Source of the DNA: Diplonema japonicum
Lineage: Eukaryota > Protista > Euglenozoa: Diplonemea
Direction of reading: 5' to 3'
DNA length: 64,000 bases
Assembly: GCA_964019335.1 (NCBI GenBank)
Contig: OZ025753.1
Location: 62,001 to 126,000, forward strand
Shown one piece after another: positions 32,556 to 44,687 of the stretch. Within the stretch, counting starts at the first letter, position 1. Each line of letters starts with the position of its first letter. The notes under the pieces were generated by a model. That model worked only from the letters and a program-made list of their open reading frames with translations. It was not told the DNA's origin and did not search any database. The position numbers were made by a program, and so were the translations under genes.

Positions 32556-34170
32556 ACACACACTACAGGAGCGACCTCTCAACGAGTAGGAACAACGAGG
32601 GAAAAAAAAGAAAAAAAGGGAAAAAAAAAAAAAAACAGGAAATGGACATTCTATGACTTTTATAAAAAAAAAATAAAAAGAGAGGAAAAAGAAAAAGAGA
32701 GGGAGGGAAAAAAAAAAGAAGAAGAAAAAAAAAAAAAAGCAGAAGAAGAAAAGAGAGAGAGATTCCTATTTATTTTTATACTTTTTTTTTTCTTATTCGT
32801 GCGTAAAAAGATTTATTGCTATTTTCTTTCCCCTCCCCTCCCCCCCCAAAAAAATGGACTTCTCGTCATTTCTCCCTGCTTGGATGGCTAAAGGTGAGAG
32901 GGGAAAAAAAAAGAAAAGGAGGGGGGAAAAGTGAAGAAACAAATGGACCCAAGTGGGAGAGGGACATTTAACCCTGTATTCTCACCTTCTTCATTTTCTT
33001 TTCTTTTTTTTTTCTCTCTCTTTTCGTATCATAAGAGCCCAGTATGCTAGCAACCGATCTCTACTACAGGCGAAGATAGAGGAACGAGGAAATAAGGGCG
33101 GGAAAAACAAAGGGAAAAAAAAAAAAGGAAAAAGAAAAAAAAAAGGGGGGGAGGTACAAAAAAAAAAAAGAAGGAAACAAAAAAAAAAAGTGAGGTAAAC
33201 CACAGAAAGGCCAGATTTGGACAAACTACAAACTGCCAACTCTTTTTCTTTTTCTTTTTTTTTTCTTTTTCTTTTTCTAAATTTTTTTGCTTCTCTTTTT
33301 GATTTTTCCCCCCTCCCGCCGCACGTATTCCCTTTTTTTTTCTTTTTTTTTTTTTTCTTTTTTTACAAATCAGAGGAAGAAAGAAAAAAAAAATTCTTTT
33401 TCCTAAAATAAACATGTTCAGTGGGCTACTTGTTGTGGCAGCGCAGTTAGAAACAATGAAAAGAAATAAAATAAAAAAATACCTCTCCCCCCCAAAAAAA
33501 AGAAAACTGCAATGTGCGTGATTTCTCCTCCCCCCCCATCCGACTTTAAAAACAAAAGAAAGCCCCCCCCCCCCCCCCCCCTTTTCTTTTGCAAGAACGA
33601 GTCTTTGACTTGTCTAACCAAAACAAAAAGGTGTTGGCAAACGTGTTATGGGGCACACTCATTCTCCAGGTTTTTTACCCGGCACGTACAAACAACGGCC
33701 AGTTCCCCCCTTTTTTTTTTTTTTTTTTTTTTTACAAGAACTAGTCTTTGACTTGTCTAAACAAAAGGGGGATGTGATTACGGGTTATAACTTCTAGCAG
33801 CTCCACATTTTTTTTCCCCCTTTTTTTTTCTTTTTTTTTCCCTTCAAACTTTCCGCTGTCCCCCCCTGAGGGGTATTTTACTGCCGCTCTGCTTAGGCTA
33901 ACACGCTACATCTATAAGAAGAAAAAAAAAAGGGAAAAAAAAATGCGAAAGAAGTTAGCCTCCCCCCTACCCCTTCCCTCCAAGCTCGGATTTGTCTCGT
34001 GTTTCTTTTCCTCTACATTTAGTTCTTTCATTAATCCGGGGAGGGGGGGGGGGAAAGATAACAGAAAAATAAAAAGTTTTAAAAAAAAGAAACAAAAAAA
34101 GAAGAAGGTTGTCGGAGCTGGCTTTCGTGTTTTTTTATTTATTTATTTTAATTCATTTTATTTTATTTTA
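31760..34170. repeat. Low-complexity poly(A)/poly(T)/poly(C)-rich intergenic tract
   Basis: Dense homopolymer runs; ORFs here translate to K/F runs. Confidence 0.85.
33588..33706 (-). repeat. Short interspersed repeat, copy 2 (partial extra copy at ~33735-33770)
   Basis: Aligns with 11930-12057. Confidence 0.7.
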
Positions 34171-34176
34171 TGGCAC

Positions 34177-35319
34177 AGAGGAGAGAATCCTGGGCACGAC
34201 CTCAGGGAGGCTCTGCGGAGGATGAGGACATCGGGTATTGTGAAGGCGCGAAGCACGATGGCCGGGCTTGGGATGGGCGCGGCCCCTGCAACGAACGCTT
34301 ACTGGATGAAGTGCAGCGCACGCAGACCGCTCGAAGCGTGGCGGGTGAGGAGGATAATCGCCGGGGCGGTGCCGTACCTCAGCCCGTATGCGAAACAAGT
34401 TTTACTCTCCCCTCCTGAAGAACCTGATGAGGAAGGAGGTGAGGGGAGCGAGGAAGAAGTCGACCACCTGGATAGGGGGAGGACGGACAAAGCAGCGGGA
34501 ACGCTCAATTGCGACGTCTGTGATGCTGCGAAGGGCAGCACAGTTAGGTTGCTGCGACACCAGCTTTGGGAGTGCGAGGTCGCATTGGAGGTGCAGAAGA
34601 AGGAGGTATATAACGGTCTGGTCAGGAGCGAAAGGTGGCCGATCTGTTTGGAGCTGCACGGGATTCTCCCGAGGAAGGTCGTGTTCCGCGGTTTGGAGAG
34701 GCTGCAGAGGTATTTGGCAGAGGTGGTGAGGCGCAGGGACGATGCTCTGGCGGTGAAGCGGTTCGCGGTTGAGAAGGAACCGCCGTGGGTGGTGACGACT
34801 CAAGGAAGGCGTTTCGAGGCGCCAAAGGTTGTGGAACTGTACAAGCTCAAGCTGACCCCGCAGCTCAGGGAGTATGGTGATCAGGTGCTGAGATGGCTGG
34901 CTGCGCTGCGGTGGGCGGAGGAGGGAACGTCCGTGTCGGCGATCGAGCTGGCGATTGACTTCGAGTGCTACACGAAGAAGACGCTGGGGGTTAACATCAA
35001 CACGACGATTGACATCGACAAGAAGGCGGTGAGGATCAAGCGGATCCTGGATACGCTGCAAGCGACATGGATGAGGGAGAAGAGGAGGCGCGCTTTTCCG
35101 GCGCAGTCATGCAAGAACGTGAGATCACTACGATCCATTGGCCGCGACCACGTCGTTGGCTTTGATAGGAGGGCCCTGTTTGCATCGGGGCTGACGGCGA
35201 CCAAGCTGAAAGGACTGAGAGAAGATTACCGGAAAGAAAGGATTGGAAGATATAAACGACAGCTAGGCACTACGGTGGGTAGCAGGGAACGACCCCAAAA
35301 GGGGAGCATCATAAGGTAG
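34177..35319 (+). mobile_element. LINE D, 3' fragment (zinc finger + C-terminal domain)
   Basis: RRIIAGAVPY, CDVC...HQLWEC, LHGILP, ELAIDFE, AFPA, GFDRR. Confidence 0.85.
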
Positions 35320-35462
35320 GCACGCCACCGCGGCGGGCCGTTGCTAACCACTTCGTTCCTATCATAGTGAATTTTTTTTTTAACGGTTATATATCTACCG
35401 TTCGTCCTTACATGGTTTGGTGGGTTGTTATTTGTCGAGTTACTTCAGTTTACAAGAAGAAG

Positions 35463-36764
35463 ATGAGCATCACAGTGTTCGTTAAGACGGAAGCTGGTGT
35501 TTTGGACGATGTGGAGGTGGCTGGGACGGAGACAGTTGGGAGCCTGTACAAGAAAGTGGCGAGTACTGCTAATTTGCTCGAAGGAATGTTCAAACTAGTT
35601 TTCGAAGAGAATGTTCTAAGTGTGCTCCAGGATGGAAAGGTTCAGGAGAGCGGGCTCGTGGAAGCATCTGAGATCAAGGTGGTTCCGGGATCAGTGGTAG
35701 GGCTGACGGAGTTGAAGAAGAACCCTGAAAGAAAACGGAGGCTTGAAAGGCTTGTGGCGGCAGACCCCGATCTGGTTCTTGAGGTCGATGTAGGGGACTC
35801 GCCAAACAGTGTGGTGAGCATTGAGGAACGGGACCTCCCTTCTGGACTTCGGGGCCTCCTTGTCACCGACTCCGCTAACCGTGTCAGGGAAATTGGAAAT
35901 TATTTTAGAGGTACCGACAGTCTAACTTCTCTCGATCTCAGGTTGAACCTCAGAACTATCGGTTCCGGCTTCCTTTCTGCCAGGACGTCCCTCGTGCACA
36001 TAGATTTCGGGGACGCGAGTTTTAATGCGTTCACCACGATTGGCGATGCTTTCCTGTGTGAGTGCTCGGGGTTGCAAAACGTGAATTTGAATTGCTTCAC
36101 CAACGTCACTTCCATTGGCAAATTGTTCCTGTCTGAGTGCTCGAGGTTGCAACACGTGGATTTAAACGGTTTCACAAGTGTCACTTCCATTGGCGAAGAC
36201 TTCATGAGGGGCTGCACTATTCTACAAAGTGTATATTTGAATGGTTTTACCAGCCTAACCTCCATTGGCGGTTCTTTCCTGAGGGGCTGCACTAGGCTGC
36301 AAAGCGTACATATGAACGGCTTCACCAACGTAACTACCATTGGCAATTATTTCCTGAGGGGCTACAATGCGCTGCAAAGCGTGAATTTTAATGGCTTCAC
36401 CAACGTCACTTCCATCGGCACCCACTTCTTGTATAAGTGCCGGTGTTTGCAAAACGTGGATTTGAATTGCTTCAGCAACGTCACCAGCATTGGCGGTTTT
36501 TTCCTGCGTGAGTGCTCGGCTCTGCAAAGCGTGGATTTGAGTATTTTCACCAACGTAACTTCCATTGGCGAATTGTTCCTGTATAAGTGCTGTAGTCTGC
36601 AAAGCGTGGATTTAAATAGCCTCAGCAATGTCACTTTCGTTGGCAGACTTTTCCTGGATGAGCGCCCTGGATTGCAAATCGAGGCTCCGTCGCTTCCCGA
36701 AGGGCACGCCCTGCGCAGGGCAATTGAAAGGGGCCCATCGTATTGCTGTATTCGCGTGCGGTAG
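35463..36764 (+). CDS. Ubiquitin-like domain + BspA-type leucine-rich-repeat protein
   Basis: MSITVFVKTEAG...VEVAGTETVGSL (UBL), then about ten 25-aa repeats FTNVTSIGxxFLxxCxxLQxVDLN; intact frame. Confidence 0.85.
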   Translation: MSITVFVKTEAGVLDDVEVAGTETVGSLYKKVASTANLLEGMFKLVFEENVLSVLQDGKVQESGLVEASEIKVVPGSVVGLTELKKNPERKRRLERLVAADPDLVLEVDVGDSPNSVVSIEERDLPSGLRGLLVTDSANRVREIGNYFRGTDSLTSLDLRLNLRTIGSGFLSARTSLVHIDFGDASFNAFTTIGDAFLCECSGLQNVNLNCFTNVTSIGKLFLSECSRLQHVDLNGFTSVTSIGEDFMRGCTILQSVYLNGFTSLTSIGGSFLRGCTRLQSVHMNGFTNVTTIGNYFLRGYNALQSVNFNGFTNVTSIGTHFLYKCRCLQNVDLNCFSNVTSIGGFFLRECSALQSVDLSIFTNVTSIGELFLYKCCSLQSVDLNSLSNVTFVGRLFLDERPGLQIEAPSLPEGHALRRAIERGPSYCCIRVR

Positions 36765-37722
36765 GGACCTTCGCCTCCTAAGTATTTGAGGCCGGTGATG
36801 ATGTCATCGTCCTCAGACCACTGTAAGGCTTCTTCTTCCTCCCTTTTTTTTGTTTTAACAATATTATTGTCGAGACTAAAAAACTAGTTGATGGCAGCGT
36901 AATGAGCTATTTTATTAGGTAAAATTCCGCTCGTGCACACAAACAAATGGAGCGCCAAACTAGTTTTTTTTATATTTCCGGGGTTTTTTGATCCCCCCGG
37001 TCGACCCTTTACCAGCGTTTCTTTCCCTCCGCGGGTTTCTAGGCGATCCTGTCACATACTGCAGGTTCCCTTCAACGACATCTTATATTGTGCTGCCTCT
37101 TCTTTTTTTAATTCAATTGCTTCTGTGGGAGCCCCTCTCCCATTATTTCAAAATCTTTTCTTTTACCTTTCCGCTTTTACTTTCTACGAGTCCGCAGGAC
37201 TTGGGAGGCTCGAGGTGAAGTTTCACAAGGGTGCTCACATACCGTATGGCACCACTAGAATCGAGACTACCTTTTTTAAATCTTTTTTTTGTTCTTCTTT
37301 ATTTTTTTTTTCCCTTTCCTTTTGCTATCGTACAGATCTTATTTCGGAGTGCAATGATTAGAAGAAGAGGGATTTAGAAAAAAAGAAAGAGAAAAGTGAG
37401 TTAGGTTTTTGGAGGGCTTTTTATTTTGATCTCCCCCCCCCCCCCCCCCTCCCCTTTTGTTTTTATCCTCTGCTCCCTGCGACTTTTCCCTGTGGCGCAG
37501 ATCCTTACTTAGCAAAGGTGTTTTCCCTTTTGGAAGGGCTTTCATTGTGTACCGTTAACATTATGTACCTTTTTGTTTTACCCAGTTTGGGAGTTTTCTT
37601 TTTTTTTTTTTTTTTTTTACGGTACAAAAGTCCGTTATGCAGTAAATTATGCTTTTTCTTCTTGTTTCTTAAGTTGTTATTTGTGTGTCTCTTTCTTTTC
37701 CCCATTATTGCTCACTTCAGGT

Positions 37723-37822
37723 AAGCAACCTCTGCTTAATTCCTGGTACGTGGGAGGCTCCTCTTGAGGATGTCAGTCACCTTTTCCCTTTTTTATACGA
37801 CTCTTTGTTTTCGTATGCAGTA
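37723..37822 (+). repeat. pLTR internal fragment (most of island C)
   Basis: AAGCAACCTCTGC...GATGTCAGTCACCTTTTCCC...CGTATGCAGTA. Confidence 0.85.
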
Positions 37823-37855
37823 AGTTATCCTTTTCCACCATCCGACTTAAAACTG

Positions 37856-40800
37856 ACGAAATGGCCAAGGAGCTGGGAGCTGCTAGAAGACTGGAATTCA
37901 GATCACCAACCGATGCTGACAAAGGTACCGTACGAAAGGGTGGCGGGGTGCAGCACAAAGAAAGTGCTACAATGGCAGTGGCGGAGGGCAGACTGGACGA
38001 GCTACACCGCGGATCTCGAACAAAAGGCTCCAAAGGCCAAAAACTGCAACCGGAAGAAGCGATAGCGAGATTCACCGCACACCTGAAAAGTGCCGCAAGA
38101 GCATACATCCCCCTCATCCCAAGACGCCCAGAAGAACAAACGAAACTCTGGTGGTCAGAGGAAATGCAAGAGATGCAAGAGAAGCAAAGGAAGTTAAAAA
38201 AGAAGATTGGGACTGAAGGAGGGACAAAAGAAGAAGGGGAGATGTTACAAAAATTGGTACAGGAAATGAGAGAACAGGAGAAGCTGGAAAGAGAAAGGGC
38301 ATGGGAGAAGGTGGCGAAAACCCTGGGAAATGTAAAGGGATAGGGACAGTCTTTAAAATGGTGAATGCGATGGATGGAAACAAAAAGAAGACAAGCAGCG
38401 CAGACCAACCACTGGTCAAGGAGGGGAAGGTCATCCACAACGGACTGCAAAAAGCAGAAGTTCTCGGGGAGTACTTCGCGTCGATAAGCAAGTCTACCCA
38501 GGAGCACAGATAGATCCCCGAACACATCCAACAACAACACCCCCTACTGACTCCGAACAACCCTTCAACAGTGAAGAACTGGAAAACGCCCTCCGAGAAG
38601 CCCTGTCCCACAAAAGCCCTGGCATTGATGGCTTGCATAACGAGATGCTAAAGCAGCTAGGCCCAAAAGCAAAGGAAGCATTGTTACATGTAATCAACCT
38701 CTCATGGCAAAAAGGCTGCGTGCCCCAACGCTGGCGTGACGCCCTTACGAAGCCCTTACCCAAGCCGATGAGAGATCGCACAGAACCCTGCAACTACCGT
38801 CCCATCGACCTCACCAGCAACCTATGCAAGCTGGCCGAAAAGATGATAAAGACACGGCTGCACTTTCTACAAGAAGACCCCGGGTCGGACCAACACGGAC
38901 TATGCCACACACAAGCTGGGTTCCAAGCAGGCAGGTCCACCGTGGAACAGATAGCAGCCCTGACACAGAAGCTGAAGGACGGACAAGCAGAGAAGAAGGT
39001 GACTTTCTCGATATTTCTGGATTTCGAAAAGGCCTTCGACACAGTCCAGAAGTCTCGACTGATGAGAAAGCTGGAAGAAATGAACACACCCCCACTGTAC
39101 CTGAATTGGATCGGAGCATTCCTGCACAACAGACAGGCAGCAGTGAGCATGGACGGGGTGAAAGAAACAAACCGCGAGAAAGAAGAAGAGTGCCTCAGGG
39201 AACAGTACTCTCACCACTACTGTTCATATACTATGTAGATGACATCGCAAGGACACTGGAGGCACAAGGGAACGAGATCCTGGCATCACTGTACGCGGAC
39301 GACATGGCGGCGATTGTCACTGGAGACAGCCATGAGGAAGCGCAGACAAAGGCACAGGCAGTTCTTGAGAAGATAGACGCCTGGGCAGAACGCTGGGGAC
39401 TGAAGCTGTCACGCAGGAAGACTTGTTACATGACAACAGGCAGCAAGAACAAGCAACAGAGCACACTGTACTTCATGGAGGGCAGACAGAAGACTGAAGT
39501 GAAGTACGAGGAGAACCCCATGTTCCTAGGAGTCATCTTTGACGAGAAAGTGACCTTCAAAGCACACGTAAGTTATGTGAAAGGAAGGCTGAATGAGAGG
39601 CTCAAGGTGCTGAGTGCACTGTCAGGCAAGGAATGGGGAAGCATGGCGTCCACACTCAGGACGGTATACCTGACGTATGTACAACCTGTCATGACATACG
39701 CGCTGGGGATATACGGTCCGTCCATTACAGAAGGTGACGTGAAAGACCTCCAAAAGATCCACAACGTAGCAGCAGGTGCATCACCGGCTGCCAAATCTCT
39801 ACCCCCGTCGAGACTCTCATGAGAATAGCGCGACTCTGGCCGATCGAGAGTCTGATACGCTGCGAGACCTCCGTCTGGTACGAACGGTTCCAACGGATGG
39901 AAGGGACCAGCGGACACGAGGCGGCACAGGGGGCAGGGAAGGAAAATAGATCGTGGCTCTACAAAGCACGAAAGAGGGAGGAAGAATTGAAGATGCAGCA
40001 CCTAAGTCGAGCACCACTCCACAGGAAGGCAGCCGTACCTCCGTGGGAGTGGGGGGCACTCAAGCGACTCGAAATAAGGACAGAAGGCGATGGCATGAAG
40101 AAACTGGAGAAGTCGAAACAGAAAGCAGCGGCCCTCCAGGCGATCTCCAAACTGCCCAAGGCCGACATCACCGTGTACACCGACGGATCAGTCGCAGAAG
40201 GCAAAGGCGGCGCAGGAATCCTGATAGAGCGAACGGGAAGTACAACGGAGCTCAGCGCAGGAGTCTGCGAACTCTGCGACAGCTACCAAGCGGAGATGAC
40301 GGCAATCAGTGTGACGCTCGCGAAGCTGGTGAAAGAAGACACACGAGAACAGCAAATCAACCTCCTGACCGACTCGATGGCAAGCTTGCTGAAACTGAAA
40401 CAGGGCCCAGCAAGGCAGCAGGAGGACATGGTGGCTGAAGTGTGGCGAGACATACACGCGCTGACGAAAAATGGGAACTACCTCACATGCTGCTACGTCC
40501 CAGGCCACTGCGGACTAGAAGGGAACGAGAAAGCAGATGAGCTGGCGGAAAAAGGCAGGGAAGAAGAGGCAACCCAAAAGATCAGCATGGGCGCAGCGAA
40601 GAATCACCTGCATCAGACAGAGAAGCAAGACATAATTGCTGGTTTAAAGAAGGAGAGGACATACTACAAGTGGGCAGGGAAGACAGAAGCACCCAAAAGG
40701 ATGGAAGGGCTCAGCAGAAAAGAAGAGGTGATGATCAACCAGCTGAAGTCCGGGCATCACGAGCTGTTGAAGAAAGACTTCAAGCAACGCATTTGCGAAA

Positions 40801-41010
40801 GATGCGGACCCGCAACAGAGAGAACGCTCGAACACCTCCTCCTGAAATGCCCTGCTACCAAAGCGGCCAGGGCCAAACACTTCGACACCCTGACGCTAAA
40901 GCACATCCTTGGGAAAGACCCCCGAAAAGCGATCCTATTCCTTGAAGAGACCGAAAACGTAGCAAAGCCGATCAAGGCAGCTGAGCGAATTGAAAGAGTG
41001 AAAAAAAAAA
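37856..41010 (+). mobile_element. Ingi/I-group-like non-LTR retrotransposon relic: APE end, RT, RNase H, zinc finger; several frameshifts
   Basis: SDHQP; YRPIDLTS, QAGFQ, LDFEKAFD, VPQGTVLSPLLF, LYADD; VYTDGS, SYQAE, LTDS, VPGHCGLEGNEKADELA; CERC...LEHLLLKC; A-run at ~41001. Confidence 0.9.
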
Positions 41011-41808
41011 AAAAGGCCCCCCCACAAACCCACCCCAATATATTTGAAAAAAAAAAAAAAGAAAAAAAAAAAAAAAGATGCACCCAAAACACGCATGTGG
41101 TGTGTGCATTGTCTTGCTGCATCCAGTTTTTTGGACCAGTGACCTTTGGTGAAGTCGCGCCTGGCATCTTCCCTGGGCCCCTCGGTCCCCATTTCAGAAC
41201 GGGTGCTTGCTGGGCGGTTGTTTCCGGACTGGCGCAATGCTGAGGACCGGCACCCTCAGTAGCCTTCAAAAAAAAAAAAAAAAAAAGTGTAAAATGCCAA
41301 ACATCCAGCAAAACTTGTGGGAAGAGAACACCAGTACGGTCATGAGACACTTCCAACCCACATAGTGGGTGCGGCCTTAGCAAGTCGAAAAGGAAGTGGA
41401 ATTTAAAAAAAAAAAAAAAAAAAAACCATTTCAGGTACCCGCTGGCTGGATGAAGAGCCCAGAGGAACGATAGGTCAACTACGGCCCTTCTTCGGAAGGT
41501 GCCAGTCGAAAAACAAAAACCAAAAACGCGAGGAAAAAAAACGACGGTTTGACCTCGACATGACCTTCGTGAATATATTTTATAATAACAGAAACGTACG
41601 GGCCGTTTATGTTTCCTCTGAAAGGAAATGCGTTTCCTTAAGGTATCTGGAAAATAACGAAACGTATACGAAAACGGAAATGTTTCCCCTGGGGTTTCGT
41701 TCTCTTTTCTTTTCTTCCCTCCCCCCCCCCCCCCCCCTTTCTGTTTTGCTAAAGTGGCCGTCTGCAACAGCTATGTTAGAAATATCACAAGTTTACGAAA
41801 GAAGAAAC

Positions 41809-42292
41809 GGTGGGCAGCCACTTCATCCCCTCCGCATTTCAAGGCATCCATTTCTTCCCTAACTTCTATCTTGGTATTGCTGTTTCAGATGAGAGGGTTT
41901 ACGTAGCCAGCTACGGGCTTTATGTTTTTGAAAAGCCCACTTCAACAGCGGCACCCACTTCGACAGTGGCACCACATCAGCACCACCCTCAACAGCACCA
42001 CGCACATCAGTACCCTCAACTGCACTACCCACATCGGCACCTGCTACAGCACAACCTACATCAGCACCTCTAACAGCACCACCCACATCAGGACCCTCAA
42101 CACCAGTACCGGACGGAACACCAGCACCCCAAACACCCCCTCCACTATAAAAGGATCCCCCCTTATTTCTTTGTTTATTTTGTCTTCACATACACAAGCA
42201 ACACCGATCGCAATCACGATGACAAGGGAAAGTGCCGTCACAACCGCTACAATAGCCACAATCTTCCATGTGTCATTGCTGTTCTCACTGGG
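41809..42292 (+). pseudogene. LVIVD-repeat gene remnant, with the TM-coding 3' part inverted
   Basis: 41809-42129 matches ~52209-52469; ~42140-42292 is the reverse complement of the following TM segment. Flanks match LVIVD upstream (~54067-54150) and downstream (~52825-52935) sequence. Confidence 0.75.
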
Positions 42293-42359
42293 CTCCAAAA
42301 AAAACGAATTACTGCAAAACGGAATGGTAGCATGTTGCAGGCTTAGCTTTCTGCAAGGG

Positions 42360-42398
<39 letters not shown>

Positions 42399-42401
<3 letters not shown>

Positions 42402-42511
42402 AAGAACGAGTCTTTGACTTGTCTAAACAAAAGGGGAACGTTGGCAACGTGTTTCGGGTTGACAAACTTTTCCAGGTTTTACCCGGCACGTACAAACAAC
42501 GGCCAGTTCCT
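42399..42511 (-). repeat. Short interspersed repeat, copy 3
   Basis: Aligns with 11930-12057; long T-run immediately before. Confidence 0.7.
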
Positions 42512-43337
42512 CTTTTCAAAAATCTATATTGGGATTCTGTCTTGGAAAAATAAATACCCCACGCCACAGCATTGCAAAACGAAGAAAAAGAAGGTGCTGT
42601 TCACTGGGGATGAAGCTCTGGTAGATTTCAAGAACACGAACGACGACGAAAACGACGCTGCTTCGCAGCTTTTTTTTTAATTATTCTTTCCCTTTTTGTC
42701 ACAAGAAATCTTTTTTTATTATTCTTTTTTATTTCACTCTTCAGAAATTACTTCACGCACTGGGGGGGCCCATTACTTCACGCTAAATCTCATTACTTCA
42801 CGGTGAAATAATGGCCTGTTTTCCGTGAAGTAATAGGGGGTTTCCGTTAAATAATATGCCTCGGTAGGCCAATTTTTGCCTCGGTTCGGTTCCCAGTGGG
42901 GCTACTTTTTCCTCTCAGTTTGCTATTTCCCCCCAGGTTCAGCTCAATTGGCCAACTTTTGCCTCGGCTCAGTTCCAAGTTGGACTACTTTTTCCTCCCA
43001 ATTTGCCCACTTTTGGCTAGGCCTTGTTCCCAGTTTCTGTGGGTAACTCTTCTGTGGGTAAGGGTAACTTAGTCAGCTTACCCAAGCACCCCAAAAGACT
43101 TCAAAATACCGAAGCAGCAGAAAAAAAAGGAGCCAGCGGCCGCGCTAGGTATGGGAAGGCCTGATTAGAGATGGTGACAGTGGCAATGCCAGCGACAGCG
43201 GCAGCTCTTAGTCAACAAAAGGAGGAAAAACAACTTGTATTGTAACCTTTGTAACCCCTCTCTTATTGTACCCCTTGTCACCCTGTTGTGCCCCTCGTGG
43301 TGAAGTAATTTCAGAGTGTCGTGAAATAAAACCACTT

Positions 43338-43735
43338 ACAGACCTCGCACCCTATGATTTTAGTTTCCACCTTTTCCTTTTCCACTTCTTGACTTTTAAC
43401 TTCCCTTCTGCTCTCCCGACATGGTTTCCGTCCCGGGTATGACGTTAAACTGCGTCCGCCGACGCATTTGGGTCAACATTCTCTGATGACCAACCGGGTT
43501 TCTTCTCCCCTTCTCTTTGTTATGTTATTTTCATTATTCTTTCTGGCGATAGACTGATACGGGCCATGGAAGCAACCTCTGCTTAATTCCTGGTACGTGG
43601 GAGGCTCCTCTTGAGGATGTCAGTCACCTTTTCCCTTTTTTACTCGACTCTCTGTTTTCGTATGCAGTATTTATTCTTTCCCACCCCTTTTTATCTATTT
43701 CTTCGCTTCTTCATCCTAACTTAAAACCATTTCAG
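43338..43735 (+). repeat. 5' pLTR of copy B
   Basis: 398-bp direct repeat of 51215-51612; no differences seen by eye. Confidence 0.92.
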
Positions 43736-44687
43736 TTGCCTCTAACTGCACTACCTTGTGGGCGCCGTTTAGACGCAACCAGAGGCTCTGCAGGTTTTTA
43801 ACTCTTAAGATTAGTTTTTAAGACTTCTCACAGCTTTGCTGTACCAACCCCAGCGACCAACAATGGGGACTTACTTCACCGTAGGTCACTCTGCAGGGTC
43901 GCATTTATGTAGACCCAAATACGAAACTGATCTCCTCCCGTTCGTCGTTGAAAGCCGAAGTTTTCGAGGGCTTTCTTCCGAAAAAAGCCCGTTTTTGATA
44001 AAATGCCTTTTGACCGCACAACTAGAGACTCCCCACCTCTACATCCTACATCCTGAGAAATCCGCTCAGCCCCTTGTACGTCAAAGAGGGGGTCCATGCG
44101 AGACACGGCGTTAGTTGGGCGATGATAGGTTTCGTAAACTGGCCCTGGGGAGCTCTCGACCGTGCAGTGATAGTCCTGACTGCACGGGTGAACATACAGG
44201 CAAGGCATGCACGTTTTTTTGATGAGGTGAGCCGCGCTATATGACTGAACGTATATTTGCACATATATATAGTGCCCTATATCCATTCTATGCACCCAAC
44301 TATTCTTTTTCCCCCCCGTTCTTACCTAGACAAGGAGAACCCTTCGTTAGCTTTGCTGCCCGCGCAGGCTACGTCCTTCGCACAGGACCAACCTGCACGC
44401 TCAGGAAAGTGGTGGAAAAAAAGCCCTCAGTAGGCAACTCGGCTCATGTTGAAATACTCCGGTCGGACCCCGTTACGGCAACGGGTGCAGTTCATACCCA
44501 CCATCAGCTCATTATGACATGTCTAGACCTCCTTGTCCTCGGTCCTCTAACCCGTCTAGTGCTTTGACCAACTTGTGACTGTCATTCTAAAAGCTGTCCT
44601 AAATAAAACTGCTGCTAGGAGTCAGGTAACCAATCCACCTTTGTAGAAACCCTCCGTTTTTCTAAAGCATCAAGCATTTTCATAGCG

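Noticed and set aside
32409-33751. Lys/Phe-rich ORFs
   Set aside because: Translations of homopolymer runs.
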